From contig RSEE01000050.1 in NCBI GenBank assembly GCA_003971905.1, forward strand, positions 372,001 to 436,000: DNA of 64,000 nt. Reading direction: 5' to 3'. Under the pieces are notes generated by a model that worked only from the letters and a program-made list of their open reading frames with translations, searched no databases and was not told the origin of the DNA. Every line of letters starts with the position of its first letter. Position 1 is the stretch's first letter. Shown piece by piece: positions 12,284 through 24,885 of the stretch. This stretch comes from Moniliella sp. 'wahieum' (Eukaryota). A program made the position numbers and the translations under genes.

Positions 12284-13505
12284 TCTCAAGTGGGTGATGC
12301 AAAGAGACAGGGAGAGCGGAGAGGGTGCTCGTAGAGGGTGCTAGCTCCAGGACGGGTCGGCTGGTTTTCAAGGTGATGGTAAGGAGGAGGAAATGACCGT
12401 CTAGACCCGCGATCAGCCCCACCGACTGTGGAGAACAGCTAGCAAAAAAAGCTTGATTGCCCCTGCCGGTCCGACCCAAAGATTGGGTACAGCGAGCGCG
12501 CAGCACTATAAGTCTGTTCCCTACTAGGAGGGGGGCCAAGCTATATATATTCTGTCCGACTTTTGGCCGGTGGCCAGGGGATTGCGTGTGGGATGGAGTA
12601 GGCATGGTTTGTCATACGATGACGAGAAGTGCAGTCGCATGGGCCAAGCGCGTCGCGTATACTTGGACCGGCTCGTCTCTAACACGGTCGTCAAATGCAA
12701 AGAGCCGGACAGGCAGGCCCTCACAACGGTGTGCAATATCCTACTTCTCCGGCGCCACATCCGTTTTCTTTCTTACTGTGACCGACTCCGCCTAGCCTGG
12801 GTCTCGCCTATGTTGCCACATGTGCACATGAGCCTCTCGCACAGTACAAGTGCTACTACATAGTCCGCCCTCATATCACCCTGTCATCCGGACGCCCGGC
12901 CATATATAGGCGTCGGCGGCGGCTGCATTATGCATTACATGTTACATCACTGGGTGGTAGGTAGCGCAGAGGCGGAGATGCCCCACATTGCCGTGGTTGC
13001 CAGCGCAATGCATAATGGATGATGGGCTGGGGGCTGCACAGCCGAAAGCACTCGCTAGTTAGTCACTAGTCGCTTTTGTCACTGTGAGTGAAAAGGGAGC
13101 AAAGGGCCCCAGCCCGGAAATAAGATCGAAGAGGAGACAACAGCTGCCACAGGCGCCTATGTTATTACGAGAGAAAATGGGCAGAGCACGACTAACCGGT
13201 AACCTATGTGATAGTAGTAACTGTGTCTCGAGTACTAGGTACTATATTCATGCAACTGCGTCACTGCGTGATGGCCGATCACTTTTTTTCAGCGGGGTAC
13301 AGCCATCGTGCAACGCACAGCCGAAACAAAACCCTCTTTCTGTGGAGTTCCTATTGTACCGCTCGGGGCGGGGGCTTCCCAGACCTGATATATGATACCG
13401 GGTATCGCCTCGGAGATATCTTCCCGTTTTCATGCTCTTACTCCCTGCTCCTCGATGGTTGATGAAGGGAAGTGTAGTGTCGGCATCTCTATACTGCATC
13501 CATAT

Positions 13506-13695
13506 CATTGACAGAGCTTAAGGCTGGGACAGGGGAAAGCTACGCCTAAACCGACCCGTTCATCTTGCGTGTGTTGCTTGGTAGCGCCACCCCTCTTAGG
13601 GATCCAGGGGAATCGCCGGGATATCAGGACCCTCTGGTGCCCGCCATCCGTTCCCACACCCGATGTATAGCGCGTGTGGACACGGATGAACGTGA
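13506..13695 (+). repeat. Repeat family A copy 1 (degenerate, solo-LTR-like)
   Basis: Aligns by eye with the reverse complements of 42248-42463 and 43828-44058 (AAGGCTGGGACAGGGGAA.GCTACG.CTAAACC, GATATCAGGACCCTC, CCATCCGTTCCCA.ACCCGA, GGATGAACG). Confidence 0.85.
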
Positions 13696-14419
13696 TATAA
13701 TAAACGGGGAGCAGCTGGCAATAGAGCAAGACATCGGATGTGGATCTTGGTCTCTGAAGCAAGGCACAACAAGTACAACCATTAGATGAAGCAGAGACGG
13801 GAGAACAATATGAGGAGTGGCGCATGATGCGGAAATGGACAACGTATTCAAATTTGAGTCACCTATATGGAGAGGCCAAGAGCGACAAGACCCTACTGTG
13901 AGCCTCATCTCTACAACTCCGGGACGAAGACAGGAGAAAGAACAGCATGCATCTTCTGCCCCAAGGCTGAGAGTGCGTGTCAATGGGTCATGACAATCTC
14001 CACCGTTGCCTACCCGCGAAATTCAAAACATATCGTTCATGCCCAATTGGCACGAGCTCCGCATTCTATCCAAACACCCATAAGCAAGGAAATGCTCATA
14101 TGCAAGGGGGAGCCGCCAAGATGGAAGTCCTGGCTGGACCACAAAGACGTGTCCACTGTTCGAGCCGATATCAAAGGAACTCACCTCCTTCTCGCCGCAG
14201 GTTTCATCAGGGGTCCTCATTGAAGCTTGACGGCGGCCAGACTGGGAGTTGGGTATAGATTCAACGTTCACGTCGGCCCATCGTGATCGAGTGTTCTGAA
14301 GTCCAAGGAGTACAACTACCATCCCATGCGAACTTTTTGTGCGCATCGGCAACATTCTGGAGAAGCAGGAAGGCGGTGGAGACAAACGGAGGAGGTGGCG
14401 GTAGATGGTGTTGGCATTG

Positions 14420-14695
14420 CTAGTCGAGAGCTAGTCAAGCATTCATTAATCATTCAAAGCTTCACTTCGAAACCACTAGCTAGTAGTCACTAGTGACTAG
14501 TGAAGCTTGAAGCCATAAGTCACTAGTCACTTATGGTCATGCATGGTCATGTTGCTCGCTGCCCCCGGGGCCCCAAGCGCCAATCAACCCGTCAGCGCCG
14601 TCAGCGTACGGGGTTGAACGTTTGAACGTTGAACGTGCGTTGTACATAGTACGACCATCGACCATCGATCATCGATCACCGGTCACCGGCACCGA
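14420..14695. promoter_or_regulatory. Dense mixed heptamer array upstream of SEM1
   Basis: tcactagtgactagtgaagcttgaagc...tcactagtca...tgaacgttgaacgt...catcgatcatcgatcaccggtcaccgg. Confidence 0.6.
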
Positions 14696-14833
14696 CTACC
14701 ATCTGTCACTTACATACTTTCAAGTTTGGGCGGAACTTGCAGGCGGAAATCGAATGCAGCCACGCGTGGGCTGCCTCACCATTGGGGACGCGACATTTGG
14801 CTTAGTCCGAGGTAGCCGGCAGCCCCACCAACC

Positions 14834-15242
14834 ATGGCAATGGCCAGCACGAGTGCCTTCCCCCCGCCCCAATTTTCCGCCGAGGCCTCCCCCCTCTTGG
14901 TGTTAGATGAGGACGACGAGTTCGAGGAGTTTGATGCCCAAGATTGGAACGATACCGATACGGCTCTTGCCCATTTTCGGGCAAGAACGTCTACATCTCG
15001 AATGGCACAGCAGCCCCCTCTGCACCGGGCAGTGCAGTAGGCCTGTCGATCGTTGGTGGCGCCTCGGGTCGGACTGGGGAAGATCACCTATGGGCGGACA
15101 ATTGGGACGATGATGATGTGGAGGATGACTTTAACAAAGCTTTGAGGTACGCGTGTTTTCGTTTTCTGGCAACTTGCTCCCGTAGGTGTTCTAATGGTTG
15201 TTTTATCTGCGTAGGGCTGAGCTGGAAAAGGCGCCCAAGTGA
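14834..15242 (+). CDS. SEM1: 26S proteasome / TREX-2 subunit Sem1 (DSS1)
   Basis: LDEDDEFEEFDAQDW...HLWADNWDDDDVEDDFNKALR-intron-AELEKAPK*. One frameshift near 14975. Confidence 0.92.
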
Positions 15243-15277
15243 TCCACGCCCAAATGATCCACGCCCAAGTGGTCCAC
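15232..15277. repeat. 15-bp tandem repeat x3 spanning the SEM1 stop codon
   Basis: cgcccaagtgatcca cgcccaaatgatcca cgcccaagtggtcca. Confidence 0.8.
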
Positions 15278-17049
15278 CTGATCCCTTGCTCATTCTGTTT
15301 CTCTGGGGGTATCATCGGGCCTGTTGGCTATAGAATGACACCCCCCGGATGCCACGTTGAGATGCTCATGAAAGAGTTGCCGATAATGCCGATATGGGCT
15401 GTGTGCTGGTGGCTGATGTATCCCCAAGTCCACGAACATCCAGGGCGCTGTCCAACGCGGCAGCCTCTTCATGCTTGCATGGCAAATTCAGTGTCTCGAC
15501 GTGAGGCCCGTGAGGCTTGAACAACTTGGACATGATGCGTCAATTATAAACGTTTTGAGCTATATGCCGGAGGCCCGCTTCTTTCAGGGTGCTTGGGCCG
15601 CCCATGGCTGTGCGAGGAACAAACGATCCCCCACTGCCCCCTGTATTGCACTGCCCTTTGGGACTGAGTAACGGGTGCTGTCTTCCCTCGGGTTTGCCAG
15701 GATGACCTCTCTCAAGCAGCTGCGACAGCTTCCTCTCGTATGCCATGGACTCGCAACGGCGTCGACGTTTAACATTTAACCTTCAATATTATGATCACTA
15801 ACTCCGAACAGCCCGCTCTGGATGTGGATCTGACAATATCTCCCAGGGTAGCAACACCAGTAACACGAATACCATTAATGACCAGGGTGCGTTCTGCCCC
15901 AGGGGACAGACACAAAAGCCTCACTCGGCATCCTGATACTCCCACAACCTAAACTTATAATATTCCAACCCATGTTGGCGCCTTGCGTTTTTATATAGTG
16001 GAGGCCCCGGCTGTGGAGGCAAAGGACGAGAAGCGGCGTGTGGGAGGAAGGCCAGGGGTACTACGGACTCCCGAATTACGGGAACACGTACCAGGAACGG
16101 AGGTGGGCCCCACCCTAAGGGATTCAGGCAAATAGGGCTGAGGCTAATGATGGCTGTGCTCCGGTTGGGGTGGTACACGAGGAAACCCAAGACGCCTGTT
16201 GTGGAATGTCAGAAGGATGAGTTGCTCTGACTGGTGGAGCAAGCAGAATAGGACAAGAAGGCCATTAGGCCTTAGGGGGGGCCAGAGGGCCCTGACCTGT
16301 CGGCAACTCTCCTCTTCTAGTATAATTTTGGCTTTTTGGCGCTAGCAAACGCACGCGCTGAACGATCGGGAGAACCTGATATACTAGGTGCCGAGAGTTT
16401 CTTTGTCCCATTGCATCAACCATCGTGCATCAGCGCCATCAGCGGCTCAGCGCCATGAGCGCATGAGCGCACAGCCATCAGCTTGATGCTTACGCTCTGT
16501 ACGTGGCATGTAATAAGAGCGCTGAGGCTCAGTGCCCATTCTATGTTTCGGGTTTACCACGTTTACCGCCTCTCCTTTTGGGCGCAACGATTGTGTGGCA
16601 GTATTATGCGACCCACATTTACCGTGCCAGCTCTGGGATATTGTACTAACCCTAAGGTATTATAAGTCTGCCTGCAATTTTCTTCCATCTCGACTGTAAA
16701 CATGTAAACGGCATTGGCACACCAGTGCTCAATCCACTGGCTTCGATGTTGGCGGGATGAAGAGGGCGAAGATGATCGACGAGGGATGATCGATGAGGCT
16801 CGTCTTGAGGCCGCGAGGTCCGAGGGCGCCCAGTATGCGAACGTGCAAACGACGAACTGCGCCCAGCAGCGCCGACTGACCGGGGCCTCCTTGGGCCTGT
16901 GCCCGTGAGCGCGTGAGCCGTCGTCAGTGTACTGGGGCGAAAGCGCTCAAGGGGAAAGTAGGGTTGCGGCCAGGGTCTGGGGGGAACTGCTCTTGTGCGT
17001 CTCCCCTCCCCGCAACGTGGAGGCGGAGCCAGGAGGCGCATCATGCTTC

Positions 17050-20000
17050 ATGCACCAGAGCTCATCACGTGATGGCTGTGGGTTGGAGGCCCGAGGGCAG
17101 TGTGGGGCCCAGACTGGCCGCGACGCGGCGTGGCGAGGCAGCGGCGGCGGCCCCAGGCTTCACCCTACCAACCGCCTCGCACGCCCTCCATGGCGAAGCG
17201 CAGCGCCACCCCAACGTATCCGAGAGTGCGTTGATGAGGTGCTGCTGGGCCCGCATGCGCCTCCCCCTGAGGCGCTGATGGCGGACAAGCTGCGGCCAGC
17301 GATCCATGGCGGCTTGCTCCCCCCGGAGCAACTGACCGACACGCAGGCCGCGCTCGTCCGCACCGAGAGGCGAGTCAAGCACCTGCAACAGCGCCATCGA
17401 TTGGAGTCGGCCCTACGCAACGCATACGATACTCTGCATGGCACCTTTCCACCCAGTGCGGATCAGCTAGCGACGATGCCTCTTCTCCGTCCACGTCACG
17501 ATTGACGTTCCAGCTGCTGGAGGCTACGGAGGAGGCATCCAGGTTGCGTTCAGATGTACTGCAGCACCACATTTCCGCTTTGGCTGCCCACAATTCTTAC
17601 CTCCAGCATCAGAGGGACCAGGCACTGCAGCGTTCCCCGGCTTGATTCGGCACTTCTTCTTGCAGCCAGAGGGAACGTGATGAGGCACAGACTCAACTGG
17701 CGCGAGTCCGGATGAGCTGAGCCAAATCCAAACGCAGCACTCCACTGAACTGGCTGATCTTCGCTCTACGCACCAGGAACAGCTTACCTCCCGCTTAGCC
17801 CAGCAGGAACGTTCTATGGCGCCTAAGATTCCCAAGCGGTGGCTGAAGCAACAAGAACGGTCGAGGCTGAAGCTCAAGCCCAGTACGCGGTGGTGGTGCA
17901 AGAACGAGACATGGCTCAAAAGCAGGCACAGGATGCCCGTAGAGATCTCAGTATCGCGCAGCAAGAAATGGAGCAAGCGAGGCAGATGGCTGATCGCTTC
18001 GAACGGGAGCTCGAAGCGCCCGTTTAGCGGCCCCCAAGCGCAAAAAGAAGCCCAGTCGGCCCGGGTGATCTGGAGCGTGCATTGGCCGACAGGAGAGATA
18101 TGGAGCGGACTTTGTCCTCGAGTGCTTCCGACCAAACCGCAATTGAGGCTGCTTTGGCCGAGTCAGCTACTCTGAGGGCTGAGGTACAGCAAGCACCATG
18201 ATGACGGAGACCATTCAAGCCCATTGGTTGCGCAAGAGGGTGCTAGGAGGAGGGCCGAAGTTCAGCTGTCCCAGAAATCCGACGAGTTGATTGCCCTTCA
18301 AACGAAGGATGAGGTCAGGGAACCACTCATTTCACTCTTTGCGGATCGCTTGCTGCAGGCCGAAGAAGGATTGCGAGATGTGGAAAAGTCGGCAGCGCGG
18401 GCATTGGGCAAGGTGGATGGCCGGGATGAGATGGATATGCTCTTGTCCCAGATTAAGATGGGGCAAGCTTTACCGCGCAAAGACGAGGATACGGGCGCAG
18501 ATATCGAGCAGTTGGTCGATCGCCTCTCAACTCACTTTGCCGACTTGCTCGATGATTGGAGCGGATCAAGGCTGCTTTTGCGCCGAGCCGTTCCCTCCAA
18601 TCTCTCTCTGATCAACTGAGCCCCAAACCTGTCGAGCATGTCGAACCTTCAACAGAAGGACGCGCAACTGAGGAAGTACTCTCGGATCCACCAGCACCCA
18701 AGATTCCACCAGCTTTACCGCCTCGAAAGACACCCCTCAACATTCCTTCTTTGATCCGTACGGGTTCGTTGAGAGATACAAGACCCAGCGCACCTCCCCC
18801 GTTGAACTTATCGTCCTCACCGCGGCAGTTGTACATGGAGCATGTTCAAGTCGACGGGTCACCCTCCGTTGGTGCGCTGCCGGACCTCTCCACCCTCCAG
18901 ACCGAACTTGCTTTAATCCGTTCGGCACTTGCTCACCTCGGCGACCCAGAACTTCCATCACCTCCTGCTGATCCTTCTACGACCCTGGACCTTACCCGCC
19001 CCAGTCCACTGGACACCAATTTGGCTCTCGACACTCGTTCCGATGAGGAGGCTTACTCCCTCTTCTGCACACTCTTCCCCAGGGGCTGTGCGTCTGCACA
19101 TCTCGGATCGTCATCTACCAAGCCGCAGCCTTCATCTGGGGAACCAAAGGCGAAGAATGCCCGCTTTGCTGCACTAGCGGCCCAGTTTGAAACCATGTCG
19201 ACCTCTCCAATCTCGCCTACGTCTAACTCGCCTCATCCATTGGAACATGGGACGGTAACTTCTCGCTATCACTCCGCTGGGCGGCTGTGACGCCGCATAT
19301 TATGGATTTGATTCAGCGTGTCCACCAGGCCGAGGAAATTGCTAAGGCTCTACAGGAGCATTGGCAAGCCTATTGCTCGATGTTGCATGCCAGTGCTCCA
19401 CGCCGTTCAAGTTCCCTCGCTGAAATCCACACAGCCTTGAAAATTGAAGCGATTGTCCAAAAGAGCTGGACTCATCCTCTCCCATCGGCGTCTATATCAG
19501 CCTCCCCATCTCCGGGTGCGGGTTCGCCCCAACCGTGGCCAGGGGTAATTTCTTCCTCTCCCGTGGCTTCTCCCATGACAAGCTCTATTCGCTTCCCTTC
19601 CGCCCCAATGGCCTCTCCCCATTCTGTTAATGGCGGGCTTCCGACCACCACTCCTTCCGCCGAGGGGCTGGGCATGGGCATGCCCCGCCGTCGCGCTCAG
19701 ACTTTATCCTCAGCAAGCAAAGGCCCCGTGTCCTCCTCCCGTCGGAAAGGGCGGAGACCTGTCACGCCTTCCCGCCCTACGACTCCTGCACGTCCCACGA
19801 CTCCTTCCCGTGCCGGGCTGAGGACAGTAACGTTGGGAATGGACCCTGCTGCGCTCTCGATGAGGGTGAAAGACCTCGAAATGGAGCTGAGCGAATTGCA
19901 TAGGCAAGCGCAACGGGCTCCCACGACCCAACTCTCTTCCGAACTTCTCCAGGCGCAGAAGGAAGCGGAGCAAGCCCGGACGGAGGCCCAAACGGTCAAA

Positions 20001-20356
20001 GAGGCAATGGAGAGCCAAGTTTCTGGTCTCCTGGAGGAGCTGAATGCCTTACAGGCCCAGTTGGCCAGTTTCCGCTCCCGTGTACAGGAAGAAGAGCATA
20101 ATCGTGTTTTGTGGCAGGACAAGTACACTAAATTGCTTGAAGCACAGGCCGACCAAGCCCTGCTTGGCTCCACCGCCAAGCAACCTGGTCTGTCCGGATC
20201 CTCTGCCGCGCTCCTCTCAGACACGAGCTTGGTTCCCCTTGCCTCCACCCAACCTGCGCAGGCGCCGGCTCCGCCCCTCAGGCGATGCGCTGGCTGTCCC
20301 GCGCACCCTAGTCGATTCTACTCGATCAGCTTCAAGCCGATATTTACTTCTGGTGA
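17050..20356 (+). CDS. Large coiled-coil protein with Uds1-like (up-regulated during septation 1) N-terminal domain
   Basis: ERRVKHLQQRHRLESALRNAYDTL...DVLQHHISALA resembles the Uds1 domain. It is followed by long E/Q/A heptad and Pro/Ser segments (ORFs 18224, 18556, 19287). Many frameshifts; start uncertain. Confidence 0.6.
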
Positions 20357-20867
20357 CCGTCGTTACTCGTTGGGAAAAAGTCTTGATACCCTTCCTAGCC
20401 CTGTGCTTCTCCCACACCCCACACCCCACACTAGCTCTCTATCCCCTGCTTCGCGAGCGCTCGTTTGTGGTGACAAACGTTCCCTTTCGCCTTTCGTTGT
20501 ATTGCGCTCATTTATTGTCTGCGGTTCTGTACTTGGAAAGGTGCTCTTTCTGATCATGACGATTCCCGCGCAGGGCGTTAAAGTACCCGAGAATGTAGCA
20601 CCTTTCCGTCTTAATTGGGCTCAGAACCTAGCCAACGGCCAAGGGTAACCGGTTAACGTGGTAACGCGTGTCACGCTGCAGCTATATCAGCCCTGCAACA
20701 GCTCAAGGAAAAGCGTGTGGCCCTAGCGCCTGTTGAGGATGATCTGTCGGTTCGCCGAGTATTTGCTTAAAAAACCTACCCTGGTTTGCATTGACACTTG
20801 TTCGGTCATGTGGGGGCAAGTGCAGCATAGCAGTAGGATGTAGGACATGAACATGACAAATGGTTCT

Positions 20868-22129
20868 TCAGTAGCGCCTGAGCTCAGCTCCTGTCCGTGC
20901 TCGCACACGGGCTGCCCATACATCCCTCCGTGCAGATGTCCATGTATCCTCTTGAGCGTTTGCAGGTCGGGTCTCATGCAGACTAGGTGTTGACTTGGGT
21001 AGGGGGTCAAGAGAAGAAGGGGGATAAATAAGTCGATGACCAATGTTCCGCCCGATGGGGGACGGGGCGAGGGGGGTTCTTGTACCCAGGGGAAGTGGAG
21101 GGTTGGGTGTGTTGGGCCCATACAGGCGAGTTAGACGTGCCCCATCTGTACATTTGGGCGTAGTATGGTTCCGTAGGGCATTCCGCCGCCTCCCATTCTC
21201 CCCGCGCCCGGAGCTCCGATCATGGCCAATGGGGGTGTCGGCTCCTATGCGGTTGTACCGCGCCCGTTCTTGGAAGGCGCTTTGACCCGTGCCTGAATAG
21301 GAAATGCCTCCTCGTGCAGGTCTTCGTTGGGGCGAGACAACATTAAGGGGAGCATCCCTTCTGCTTGGTGAGGGTCCGACTTGCCATCGGTGGTTGCTAC
21401 GCCGCTGGAACTGTCCATTTGACACGCTCTTCCTTTTCGGGTACGGCAGGTATCGCGCACGCGCTAGGCGAACTTCAGTCTCAGCAACCACATGAGCGGC
21501 AACGGGGCCCAATGCTTTCGAATTGGAATTTCGCCTTCTCCTTGGCAATGTTTGAACTTCCTGAGGGCTGACCCTCCGAGGCGAGGGTTCCCTTGTGGGA
21601 TCCAATTCCTCTTCTGGCGGAGTACGGGGCCATGAGCCAGGAATGGGGCTCCGATCTTGAGAAGAGCAGAGAGTTGTTGACGTGAGTTTAGAGGGACATG
21701 ATGAGGGCTGGTTTGCTAGAGGCAGGTACGCAAAGGTGCGAAAGGTGGGTGTTCGGGGCAGGTGTTGCGAGCCCAGGGACTTTTCACTGGGAGAAACCGA
21801 TGGAGAATGTGAGGGTGAGGAGCGCCCAATCGGCGGTGATGACGGCTTTTCGGGGCGGTACTCCGGGAAGAGTTCTCTGAGTACCCGTGTAAACGGGCTG
21901 GGGGAGCGGCGATGCCTATGATCCTTTCCCTCCGGGGATAACCGTCGATCCAAGCCGACCGTGCCCCCGCCGCTCTCGCGCATGTTGACGGAAGATGGCG
22001 AAGACGAGGAATTCGCTTTGGAGCGTGGGGTGAAGCGATGGGGAAGAGACTGTCGAACGACACGCTCTCATTCTCCGAGAGTGGCGATCGAGGAACACGG
22101 CCTGGTGAGCGACGAGGTCGAGCAGACAT
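20868..22129 (-). CDS. Hypothetical Ser/Pro/Arg-rich disordered protein
   Basis: ORF 21716-22129 (MSARPRRSPGRVPRSPLSENE) frameshifts into the 371-aa ORF 20868-21983. Confidence 0.55.
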
Positions 22130-22669
22130 GACGACTGTTGAGCGTGAGGTCGGAGACTGGTGGGAGTAGGATATGTGCCGGATAGAACTTCATCGTACTT
22201 GGGGCTGATCGATCGTTCAATGTTGTTGGTCTTTCTCAGCTGACTTTTGTAATTTCAGCTCTGCGCCAACGAGCGTCGCGTGTTGAGTGATTTCACTGTG
22301 AAGTGACAAGCCCCCGGAGAAATGAAATTACACCCGCCTGGAGCTCTGGCAACGAAGCGACCACCACACCAACCTCAGCCGAACATCCCTTTCGTCCTTC
22401 GGTGGGGACGGGGGTCCTGTTGCTTGTCCAAGGCGCCCCATTTGGTCTCACCCTCACCAACCCTACGCAGGGAGTATCCCGCATAAGGCCTAATACAGAG
22501 ATATTCGCTTCATGCGGGTTCCGTCAAGTGCCGGATTACAGGGGACAAACAAACAGTACGAGAGGTCCCGCGATCTGGAAGAAAGTATCACCAGGGCGGG
22601 AAAGACTGCTAGGACACGCTAGATTGGGTTTGAATATGATGAAGTGACGAAGAAATGCAAAGAGGAGAC

Positions 22670-23190
22670 TTATCCCTCGAACAAGGCCAGCAAACTCGAT
22701 GGCACCCATGAGTTGGTGGGGAAGTACCCTCTCAATCCCCAAAAGGAGGAGGTGAAACCATACAGCTGCCACCTAGTAAACACTTTTCGTGAAGCCATGT
22801 ATCAGCATCACCAGCACGTAGTATTCACACACAAGCTCGGGTAGAACATACCATAGTATCCAAATCGTCGGCCATAGAATTTGCCCAGGTAAGGCAGAAG
22901 CACTACCTGGACGATCGTCTTAATTGTCGTACAGACGCTTCCCATTCTTCCTGGAGAAGTCTTTCCTCCTCATCCGAGTCGTATTCGAAGTCTGAATCCT
23001 CCGCTTCGCTCAGCCAAACTTCCTCCCCTCCCGACAGATAGCCGCTCGATGCGGAGGCACGATCCCCAACTCCGTCCCCTTCTTCATCCCCCCAGTTGGG
23101 CAGAGCACTCTCATGCCTCAACGCCAGAGATTCGCGCCACTGCTCCAATGCAGAGGATGTGCCTTGCAGGGTTGATGCTGGGTCGTTCAT
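22670..23190 (-). CDS. MIM2: Mitochondrial import protein Mim2
   Basis: Acidic DSDEEERLLQEEWEASVRQL then VVLLPYLGKFYGRRFGYY, intron, FTRWQLYG...; matches the Mim2 pattern EW..S..QL...V.LP..GK..GRR. Confidence 0.8.
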
Positions 23191-23400
23191 GTTGCGATGG
23201 AAGAAGGGCACTTGCCTCAGCCCTACTGGCAGCGAACCCAAAGCGGATGGAGTAGAGGTGGGGCCAAGTTACGAATGGATGTGGCGGCAATCGTAAGGGC
23301 GGAATTGCGGTTCCGCAACACAAGTGTTAATTTAAACTCTCGCCATCTCCAGAAAACGCACCCATCGAGTAGCTTCCTCTCCACCACTTTACACACCCTG

Positions 23401-24342
23401 ATGAAGTGAGTCACGCTCCCTTGGGTATTGGCGTCTATTAACTTCGACATGCAGCAACGTGCGTGCGGTCCAAAAGCTCAACGAGCGCGAACTTGAACTC
23501 GCTGTTGCGGGGGGGCGGGGGAGCTGGCACGAAGACTACAAGGACAGCGCGTACATTTTCCTCGGTGGTCTACCCAAGCAGTTGACCGAGGGAGACGTGA
23601 TTACCATCTTTTCCCAGTTCGGAGAGGTGCTAGATATTAATCTCCCGCGAGACAAGGAAAAGGGAGAACGCCGCGGGTTCGGCTTTTTGATGTACGAGGA
23701 TCAGCGGTCCACCATCCTCGCCGTTGATAACCTCAATGGAGCCGTTGTCCTTGGTCGCACGCTGCGGGTGGACCACGTTAAGGGGTACAAACAGCCCAAA
23801 AACGTGGGAAGGATGGAAAGCTGCACGAGGCGGAGGAACAAAGCTTGAACGCTGCTCCTCGACTTTTGTCGCCGGGCCAAGCACGATCCCTGAACCCGAA
23901 GGAGACCTTGAAGACCCCCTCCTGATGTTCAAGGACAACCTCTCGGATGGAGAGGAACAGCGCAAGGAAGAAAAGAGGATTAGAAAAGCGGAGCGAGCTA
24001 AAATTCGTGAAGAAAGAGCAAGCCGGAGGGAACGGCATGGCTCATCCCATTCCCACTCCCACTCCCGCTCCCATTCGCATCGTGAATCGGCATGACCGCC
24101 CCCGCTCCCCTCGCGACGACCGCACGGACAACAAAGATCATCATCGCAGCCGCTCTGAGCATCACAGTAGGCACGATCGTGAGCCTGATCGCCGGCATTC
24201 CCATCGGCCACGAGAAGAACGCCCACGTTCCTACCGTGATGAGCACCGGACCAGGACAGGTCCCGCTCGCGTTCTCCCGCCGGTCCACAGAGGCGCGTCG
24301 GTGATAACTGAAACCCCTTATCATTGTGCCGTTCAAGCTTGA
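23401..24342 (+). CDS. IST3: RES complex / U2 snRNP RRM protein Ist3/Snu17 (RBMX2)
   Basis: ATG 23401, short first exon and intron, then VRAVQKLNERELE..SWHEDYKDSAYIFLGGLP..LTEGDVITIFSQFGE..GFGFLMYEDQRSTILAVDNLNG..LRVDHV. Arg/His/Asp-rich tail; end approximate. Confidence 0.92.
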
Positions 24343-24885
24343 TCATCATGGGATGGACGTTCTTTCATTCGTCATACACCAAGGGCATGTCAGGGCTTGG
24401 GCTCAGCAACAATGGGTCGCGCCAGTAAAGGCTAACTTTCAGAAACCACACATTGCCGCTGATAGGAGAGGATAGGTGACTGTTATCGACAACTGGTCAT
24501 GCTTTAGTCGGTCGATCAACCACTTGACCTGCACTTATACTGTCACAATAACCATCGTCAGGACCAACGCGTTCGTTCAGACCGAGACACACGTGGCTGG
24601 CACAATTGGTGGTATACGGGTGGACGTGACACGGATCCGAGGGTCGACAGCAGCCACACCATCTCGTCTGGCGCAGGTGGAAAAATAACAGGTGTAGCAA
24701 CCCACATATGGGAGACACTGCGGCTTCCCTTGTTTGAGGAACGTTTGGTCGGACTGAACCGTCTCGTGGCCGGGTGAAGTCATTGTTTGCCCACAGCACA
24801 TGCTAGAAGAGAAAGAGGGGGATGAGCGTGTCATTTGTAGAGTGTACAAGAGAGCCAAGGGGGTTCTACACGGAGTATGTGTGCG

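Noticed and set aside
13830..14223. 118-aa ORF next to family A copy 1 as a definite gene
   Set aside because: No recognisable motif or clear splice structure, so it is left unassigned.
14420..14695. CRISPR array or synthetic polylinker (many HindIII/SpeI/ClaI/AgeI-like sites)
   Set aside because: There are no 25-40 bp repeats with unique spacers and no cas genes. The sites are degenerate, tandem and recur at many native promoters, with no vector sequence.
15860..16400. Possible further transposon relic
   Set aside because: It looks stop-rich and atypical, but no second copy, termini or protein motif was found in the window.
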